A stretch of 64,000 nt of DNA from a bacterium (lineage in GTDB: Bacteria; Hydrothermota; 32-111), in assembly GCA_050239825.1 (NCBI GenBank), contig JBFXGO010000004.1, forward strand, positions 1 to 64,000, given 5' to 3'. The notes below the pieces were generated by a model that was given only the letters and a program-made list of their open reading frames with translations, had not been told where the DNA came from and did no database searches. This document shows, piece by piece, positions 57,451 through 64,000 of this stretch (positions are counted from its first letter, which is position 1; each line of letters begins with the position of its first letter). Both the position numbers and the translations under genes were made by a program.

Positions 57451-58684
57451 GTTACGAGTTTCGGGTTGCGGGTTACGAGTTTAAATACAATAGGACAGAT
57501 GATTAAATGACTTGTCTTTACATTTCCGAGGAAAAATTCCAGTACAGCCAGCAAAACAGCCGTGAGCCGTGTGCCATGTGCCTTGAGCTTAATACGGGGA
57601 GTTGAGTAAGATTTTGCCTTTACATTTCCGAATGAGAAGCCTGTCCACAGCGCTCGTCTTTTCAATGCTTCTCATGAGGACAATCAATTAAATAACTTAT
57701 TGATACACGAAAGCTACAAGTCGGCGAGGACGCTTCGCGCAGACGCCCATCAAGTGGTTCTCTCCTCGCTCCGCTAACCCATCTTGATATAGCGGCGAAG
57801 CGGAGTGTGCGAGCCGACGCTATGCCCGCGTGCAGCCAGCAAAACAGCCCTGAGCCGTGTGCCATGTGCCATGAGCTTAATACGGGGAGTTGAGTAAGAT
57901 TTTGCCTTTACATTTCCGAATGAGAAGCCTGTCCACAGCGCTCGTCTTTTCAATGCTTCTCATGAGGACAATCAATTAGATAACTTATTGATACACGAAA
58001 GCTACAAGTCGGCGAGGACGCTTCGCGCAGACGCCCATCAAGTGGTTCTCTCCTTGCTCCGCTAACCCATCTTGATATAGCGGCGAAGCGGAGTGTGCGA
58101 GCCGACGCTATGCCCGCGTGCAGCCCCAGTTCAATCTTCAATTATCAATCAACAATAAAATGATAGACCCTTCACGATAGTCATAACCACAGAGGCGTTC
58201 AGGGTGACACGGTTGAGTAAGATTTTGTCTTTACAATAATCTTCACAAAGTTCTGGTGCAACCCGAGGCGTCTATCATGTGCGTTCGCGCACATTACACC
58301 CTCGCCAATGTGGGGACATTCCTTCGGTGTGTCCCCACTGCAACATTCAATTAATTAACTTATTGATACACGAAAGCTACAAGTCGGCGAGGACGCTCCG
58401 CGAAGACGCCCATCAAGTGGTTCTCTCCTTGCTCCGCTAACCCATCTTGATATAGCGGCGAAGCGGAGTGTGCGAGCCGACGCTATGCCCGCGTGCAGCC
58501 CCAGTTCAATCTTCAATTATCAATCAACAATAAAATGATAGACCCTTCACGATAGTCATAACCATAGAGGCGTTCAGGGTGACACGGTTGAGTCATAACC
58601 ATAGAGGCGTTCAGGGTGACACTATTGAGTCATAACCACAGAGGCGTTCAGGGTGACACGGTTGAGTAAGATTTTGTCTTTACA
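57451..58684. repeat. Mosaic array of palindromic and heptamer repeat modules
   Basis: 288-bp tandem duplication (57545-57832, 57833-58120); 154-bp module x3; 24-nt junction x4; 37-bp unit x1 and x3. Confidence 0.93.
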
Positions 58685-58705
58685 GACTGGTGTTCAAGCT
58701 GACGC

Positions 58706-59458
58706 TTACTCTTCTAACAACCTCAAAATTCCGTTTATAACTGTCAAAGGGTGCACAGGACAACCGGGTATGTATAAATCAATTTTATGATTTTTCATAA
58801 ATTCTCTATTCAATGCATCTGACCCTGAAAAGATTCCACCGCTAATTGCGCATGCTCCTGCCAGTATGATGATTTTAGGTTCAGGCACTGCTTTGTATGT
58901 CTCCTCAAGCGCCTCTGCCATATTCTCACTCACCGGTCCCGTTATTATTATGCCGTCTGCATGGCGCGGGCTTGCCACAATATCCACTCCGAATCTTCCC
59001 ATATCAAAATTGACATTTGAACACGCATTAAGTTCCATCTCACATCCATTGCATCCTCCGGCTGAGACTGAGCGAAGTTTCAATGATTTTTTGAAGATTT
59101 TTTTTATGTCGGCTCTTGTTTTAATGGCGTCTCTGAACCTAATCTTATATTCAGTATTTGCCGTCACTATAAGCTTCTCCCTCGAATCGCATGAAATTCT
59201 GTGCTCATCAGTAAATTTCACAATATTCTCCCCGAGCTTTCTTTCGCACTTCCCGCAGAAAGTGCATTTGCCGAGGTCTATCGAGAATGGCGCATTTAAA
59301 ATTGCATCGGCAGGGCAGAGACCCTCTATTTCGCTTTTGATTAGATTCTCTTTCTTAATTTCAGGGAATCCCCTGAACATCTCATTGACTTTTGCATTTT
59401 TAACATCAGGTATAAACTGACGCCCCTGTCTTAATGATATTTTTATGTTTTCAAACAT
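58706..59458 (-). CDS. Ehr/Hyf small subunit (NuoB/HyfI-like) with N-terminal ferredoxin-like segment
   Basis: GGCNGCE, SPRHAD, GACAISGG, PGCP; CTFCGKC. Confidence 0.88.
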   Translation of the reverse strand: MFENIKISLRQGRQFIPDVKNAKVNEMFRGFPEIKKENLIKSEIEGLCPADAILNAPFSIDLGKCTFCGKCERKLGENIVKFTDEHRISCDSREKLIVTANTEYKIRFRDAIKTRADIKKIFKKSLKLRSVSAGGCNGCEMELNACSNVNFDMGRFGVDIVASPRHADGIIITGPVSENMAEALEETYKAVPEPKIIILAGACAISGGIFSGSDALNREFMKNHKIDLYIPGCPVHPLTVINGILRLLEE

Positions 59459-59464
59459 AGCACC

Positions 59465-60961
59465 TCACAGATCATTTCCGCAGTATGAAAGGTTAAAACT
59501 CTTGTTGCACAGAGGGAAATCCGATATGCCGTTTCCTCTGACAGAGAGAGCAAGCGCGAACCAGTTGTTGAATGAAGGGTCCTTTATCTTATATCTTGCC
59601 CTGTTCTTTTCATCTGTCACAACTGCATGCACGACCTCTCCCCTCCACCCTTCAATAAGAGATATCAGGAATGTGTTTGATGGAATTTCCATTTTCTCGG
59701 GAACCGACACAGATGGAGAATCACCCAGTACCATAAGAAGTTCATTTATATAATTCATTGACTGCTGCATTTCAAGATACCTCAGATATGCCCTCGCAAA
59801 AACATCGCCAGTGTCGAGAGAAAGAGGATGAATCGGATACTTCCTGTATGCTCCGAAAGGATGATCGCTCCTTGAATCAATCTTCACTCCTGATGCGCGC
59901 GCCGCCATGCCGACGAAGCCGCATTCTCGCGCCTGCTTTGCCGTTACTGCCCCAGTATTTTCAAGTCTCGAAAGAACCGAGGGCGAATCAAACATCTCTT
60001 CACACAACTGCTCCATATTTTCCCTGACAATATGAAGATTTTTCTTTATCAGATTTCTCTTTTTTTCTGTTATCCTGTAATTATTCTTTCCAATTCCTAT
60101 GAATCCCCTTCCGAACCTGCTTCCGCAGATTGCAAGCATTGTGTTTATCACATAAGTCCTATTTGCTCCTGAGACTGCACTCCCTATCATGTATGCCACA
60201 TCATTGGCTATAGCTCCAATATCTCCTATATGAACTGCGATTCTTTCCATCTCAAGAGCTATCGCTCTCTCAAGAAGTTCATCTTCCGTCGGTTTAATAT
60301 CGAGAGTTCCTTCAATTATACTGCTGTACGCATAGGCATTTCCAATCACAGTGTCACCCGTAATCGATTCAGCCAATTCCATTTTGTCTGTAATATTTCC
60401 CTTCAAAAAGAGATTTTCAACCCCTCTGTGCTGGTAACCGAGCTGTATTTCGAGATGAATTATCTTTTCTCCTTCGCATAAGAATCTGAAATGACCGGGT
60501 TCAATAACTCCTGCATGAACAGGACCGACTGCGACCTGATGGATTTCATCGCTTGAAATTGTATAAAAGGGGTAATCATAGGTTTTCGCTTTATTATCAA
60601 ATTTACAGTGCGGATATCTGACCGGCTTTAGGAAAGGATGCCCCTCCGGGACAATCCCCCACTCTTCAAACAATTCTCTTTCAAACAAATTGAATGAAGG
60701 ATGATAATTCGTAAGTGATTCATACTTCATTCTCTGTTTTTCAAAGAGTGTTGAGACGATGTACATCAAAGAGTTGTTGTCATCGCTCATCACTGCATAA
60801 ACTCTCACGCTTTCTCCCTCTTTCTTTCCGAACAGAAGTATGCACCTCTTTGATTCATCTACAGATTTTTTTAAAAATGAGATAAATTCGTTTATGTTAA
60901 GATCCGGTATTTCTTTTGTGCTTATTTTTAATCCGTTTTTGATTTTGGTTGATTCCATCAT
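59465..60961 (-). CDS. Ehr/Hyf large subunit (NuoCD/HyfG-like) lacking NiFe cysteines
   Basis: GPVHAGVIEPGHFRF, EGWRGE, KDPSF; ESITGDT and SFNLSYCGNDL in place of the CxxC motifs. Confidence 0.9.
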   Translation of the reverse strand: MMESTKIKNGLKISTKEIPDLNINEFISFLKKSVDESKRCILLFGKKEGESVRVYAVMSDDNNSLMYIVSTLFEKQRMKYESLTNYHPSFNLFERELFEEWGIVPEGHPFLKPVRYPHCKFDNKAKTYDYPFYTISSDEIHQVAVGPVHAGVIEPGHFRFLCEGEKIIHLEIQLGYQHRGVENLFLKGNITDKMELAESITGDTVIGNAYAYSSIIEGTLDIKPTEDELLERAIALEMERIAVHIGDIGAIANDVAYMIGSAVSGANRTYVINTMLAICGSRFGRGFIGIGKNNYRITEKKRNLIKKNLHIVRENMEQLCEEMFDSPSVLSRLENTGAVTAKQARECGFVGMAARASGVKIDSRSDHPFGAYRKYPIHPLSLDTGDVFARAYLRYLEMQQSMNYINELLMVLGDSPSVSVPEKMEIPSNTFLISLIEGWRGEVVHAVVTDEKNRARYKIKDPSFNNWFALALSVRGNGISDFPLCNKSFNLSYCGNDL

Positions 60962-62361
60962 TTTCTCCCAATCCAATGAGCCGCATTTTCCAGCATCTCC
61001 TTAACCGGTTCAGGCATGTAAAATCCAAGCAGGAAACAGACCAGTATAAGAATAATCTGAGGAATATAGCCCGGCAAACTTTCATCTGACTTCCCGCTCT
61101 TTTCTCCTGAAAAGAGCATGGTTATAACCATCTTCATGAAGCCATAGAATAGTGCCGTCAGAAGAACAAGAATAACTGCGAGTTCCAGATACATGCTTTT
61201 TTCCAGAAGATTCTTCACAAGCAGAAATTCGCTTAGGAACGAGAGAGAGGATGGTATTCCAAGTATTCCGAGAGCAGATAACAGGAAAATGATTCCCGTT
61301 TTCTTCATATCATTGAACACATTTCCCGTCTCATCATAATGTTTTGTTTTGTATTTTTCAAGAATATTTCCTGTTGTAAGAAATAAGGATGCCTTCATCA
61401 TTGAATGTCCGAGAAGATGAATCATACCCGCAAGAAGACCCAATCCGCCGCTGCCTAATGACAGGGCTATTATTCCCATATTCTCCACAGAAGAGTAAGC
61501 GAGCATTCTCTTATAGTTCTTAATCCTTAATATGAATACTGTCGAAACGAATATCGAAAGAATGCCCATCACAACAAGCATGGTGCCGGCAAAATGCTCT
61601 GCATTGAATATGTACATCACCTTCAAAACTCTTATGATTCCTATTAGGGCTGTATTTAGAAGAGTCGCCGACAGCATCGCGGAAACGGGAGACGGGGCTT
61701 CAGAGTGCGCGTCGGGAAGCCAGAAATGCAGAGGAGCAAGACCCATTTTTGTTCCAAATCCTATGAGAATGAACAGAAATGATATTTTTAAAAACAGAGG
61801 GGTCACTCCGTCGGTGTAATTGTAAAAATCCGCGAAAAAGAGCGAGTCGGCATGCTTGAATGTTATTGATAAAAATATTATTCCTAAAAAACCGATAGCT
61901 ATGCCGATGGAGCATATAAAGACATATTTCCATGCGGCTTCAAGAGAGTGCTTTGTTTTGCTGAAATAAATGAGAGGCGCAGTGAGTATTGTCGTCGCTT
62001 CAAGAAGAACCCAATAAAGTCCGATGTGCTGAGCCATAAGAGATAGCATCATCAGCAAATCAAATAAAATGAAACACACTGTATATACAGAGTGCCATGT
62101 GTTGTCAGGATTATTTTTCTTTAAAAATTCAACAGAGTAAATTGATGACGCGAAAAAGACAAGCGATAAAACAAATAAAAAGGGTTTGTTAAGAGAATCA
62201 ACAGCAATGAACTTTGTCGAAATCTGATTTACAAACAGAATGTAGAGTGTGAATATCAGATTAATCACGCCGTTGACAGCGAGCAGTACATAATCAGCGG
62301 ACCTTCTCCTTAGAAGAGCCGATGCCGATGCAAACAATAAAGGCAAAATAAAATAGTACAT
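60958..62361 (-). CDS. hyfF: HyfF-like antiporter subunit
   Basis: EAAWKY, GTKMGLAPLHFWLPDAHSEAP, KRMLAYSS. Confidence 0.88.
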   Translation of the reverse strand: MYYFILPLLFASASALLRRRSADYVLLAVNGVINLIFTLYILFVNQISTKFIAVDSLNKPFLFVLSLVFFASSIYSVEFLKKNNPDNTWHSVYTVCFILFDLLMMLSLMAQHIGLYWVLLEATTILTAPLIYFSKTKHSLEAAWKYVFICSIGIAIGFLGIIFLSITFKHADSLFFADFYNYTDGVTPLFLKISFLFILIGFGTKMGLAPLHFWLPDAHSEAPSPVSAMLSATLLNTALIGIIRVLKVMYIFNAEHFAGTMLVVMGILSIFVSTVFILRIKNYKRMLAYSSVENMGIIALSLGSGGLGLLAGMIHLLGHSMMKASLFLTTGNILEKYKTKHYDETGNVFNDMKKTGIIFLLSALGILGIPSSLSFLSEFLLVKNLLEKSMYLELAVILVLLTALFYGFMKMVITMLFSGEKSGKSDESLPGYIPQIILILVCFLLGFYMPEPVKEMLENAAHWIGRK

Positions 62362-62996
62362 CAGTCCCTCAGGTCCGTCAGATTGTCTATGTTGTCGTCA
62401 TTATAACTCTCCTTTATCCTCGAAATAAAAAAGCCTGAAATGAAGACAATCATGAAGAGTTCGAGCAAAACTCCAAGATTCACGATGAGAGGCATCTCCT
62501 TTAAAAGAGAGAGTGAAAACAGAAAGATTCCGTTTTCAAACACCATGTAACCCATTATATGCGTTATCAGCCGTTTCTTTGTAAGTATAATGTACATTCC
62601 GGCGATTATTGAAGAGAATGCCACACCAAAATGAAATGGATTGGAGTAGCTTAAAAGATCTTTTGTATAAAACGAGAGCAAAAATCCGAATGAAAATATA
62701 AGTATCATCGCGAGTATTGAGAAGAAACTTGATATAGAAACATCAACATCCCTTGATGCTTCATTCTGATAAACAATTCTTCCGAGTATATATGGAATCA
62801 GAATTGTCTTGAAACCGATTGTCTCCAAAAGAATAAATATCAGATTCGGCAGATTTGTCTCTTTCATATTTATAAGCACAATCAGAAAAAGAATCACACC
62901 CTGAGCCGATAGAGCGCCTATATATGCTTTAAGGCGGCTCGTCACCGAAAAGTATATGACTGTTCCCGCGAACAATACAAGCAGGGCAAAGTACAT
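62361..62996 (-). CDS. hyfE: HyfE-like membrane subunit
   Basis: GYMVFENGIF; operon position. Confidence 0.82.
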   Translation of the reverse strand: MYFALLVLFAGTVIYFSVTSRLKAYIGALSAQGVILFLIVLINMKETNLPNLIFILLETIGFKTILIPYILGRIVYQNEASRDVDVSISSFFSILAMILIFSFGFLLSFYTKDLLSYSNPFHFGVAFSSIIAGMYIILTKKRLITHIMGYMVFENGIFLFSLSLLKEMPLIVNLGVLLELFMIVFISGFFISRIKESYNDDNIDNLTDLRD

Positions 62997-63913
62997 TACA
63001 CGCCACCTCCGCGCCCCATAAGGACAGATGCTATTATGAAGAGGGCAATTCCAAAGACAAGAAGCAAAAATTGAGAAACATAAATCATTTTCAATCTTGC
63101 CATTATGGATTCAATCGTTCCTACTATAATTGCGGATACTATGCTTACCGCTATAAATCCTCCAAGAGCAAAGAGTACCCCTGACTCCATAAATATGACA
63201 GAAGAAATCAGAGCTGTGAATATTGTCATTTTGAGATATGTCGCATAATTTATCAGCGCCAAGGAAGGACCCGAGTGGTCGAGAACCATAACCTCATGGA
63301 TCATTGTCAATTCAAGGTGCGTATTCGGATCATCAACAGGCACTCTCTTCCCTTCGGACAGTATCATGACAAAGAATGCCGCAATAGAAAGCAGAGAGGC
63401 CACAATCGTATACGAATTTGTAAAATTGAGAGTCGAAATCATCTTCGAAATTGAAGTGTTTCCAGAGAGGTATATGAATGATGATAGTATAATGAATAGG
63501 GAAGGTTCAATAAATAGAGCAAATGACGCCTCCCTGCTTGCTCCCATTCCTTCAAAACTCGAACCGGTGTCAAGCGCCGAAAGCAGCATGAAAAAATTGC
63601 CGATAGTCATTATATATGCAAAGAATAGGAAATCTCCTTCAAATGAAAGAATGGATTTGTTGAACCCATAAGGAACGAACAAAACCGCAGTGAGCACTGA
63701 AGAGACATAAAACACTGGACCTACAGAGAACATAAATGAAACAGTCTCTGAAATCATCTCTCTCTTCTTAAAAAGCTTGATGCAGTCTAACATCGGCTGA
63801 AAAACCGATGGACCTTTTCTACCAGCCCACAATGACTTGACCCTATTTATAATTCCCGCAAAGAGAAAAGGCATAACGAGAATCATGATTAAAGTGGTAA
63901 AAATATTCATCAT
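62996..63913 (-). CDS. hyfC: HyfC/HycD (NuoH-like) membrane subunit
   Basis: GRKGP, GSSFEGMGASRE, VDDPNTHLELTMIHE. Confidence 0.88.
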   Translation of the reverse strand: MMNIFTTLIMILVMPFLFAGIINRVKSLWAGRKGPSVFQPMLDCIKLFKKREMISETVSFMFSVGPVFYVSSVLTAVLFVPYGFNKSILSFEGDFLFFAYIMTIGNFFMLLSALDTGSSFEGMGASREASFALFIEPSLFIILSSFIYLSGNTSISKMISTLNFTNSYTIVASLLSIAAFFVMILSEGKRVPVDDPNTHLELTMIHEVMVLDHSGPSLALINYATYLKMTIFTALISSVIFMESGVLFALGGFIAVSIVSAIIVGTIESIMARLKMIYVSQFLLLVFGIALFIIASVLMGRGGGV

Positions 63914-64000
63914 TGCTTAATTATTAATATTAGAAGTGAAATCAACAGAAACAGCAATCCCATAAGAAGATACTGCTGAGTGGAGCCCTTTTGAATTCCG
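63910..64000 (-). CDS. Partial C-terminus of a HyfB-like subunit
   Basis: Open frame GIQKGSTQQYLLMGLLFLLISLLILIIKQ* with ATGA overlap into hyfC. Confidence 0.6.
   Translation of the reverse strand, partial: GIQKGSTQQYLLMGLLFLLISLLILIIKQ

Noticed and set aside
57423..58141. Short ORFs 57423-57665, 57662-57865 and 57950-58141
   Set aside because: Translations of palindromic and heptamer repeats; no SD and no recognisable domain
58554..58664. 37-bp repeats as a CRISPR array
   Set aside because: Units are head-to-tail with no spacers, and there are no cas genes in the window
57601..58684. Canonical integron attC cassette array
   Set aside because: GTTRRRY and TAAC are present, but the R''/R' boxes are not complementary at attC distances, and there are no cassette ORFs or intI; kept only as a loose resemblance

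Overview
A gene-dense, roughly 38-40% GC (estimated by eye) chromosomal segment of a diderm, probably anaerobic bacterium. The gene mix is reminiscent of FCB-adjacent candidate phyla such as WOR-3/TA06, but that is a guess. Recognisable content: fhs; a polyamine operon (speD-pdaD-speE-speB); a carotenoid cluster whose crtI has a large in-frame deletion; recG, degP, three sigma factors, dapF, argF, def, aspS, hisS, uppP, dnaG-rpoD; tRNA-Thr(CGT); a TPP-riboswitch-controlled thi4-thiE-thiC operon; and an Ehr (Hyf-like, lacking NiFe ligands) membrane complex. No transposase, integrase, cas gene or CRISPR array is visible. The most unusual signals are non-coding or non-canonical: (1) a 1.3-kb mosaic array of structured repeat modules joined by a recurrent 24-nt junction (57420-58705); (2) a Shine-Dalgarno-led upstream ORF overlapping the speD start; (3) a perfect 30-bp inverted repeat enclosing a promoter-like segment upstream of a GGDEF-STAND gene; (4) a sigma factor with an apparent ATA start; (5) a recurrent 16-bp-spacer promoter geometry, with three apparently leaderless genes; (6) tRNA-Thr lying 8 nt upstream of a uridine kinase with a ThrRS-like domain.
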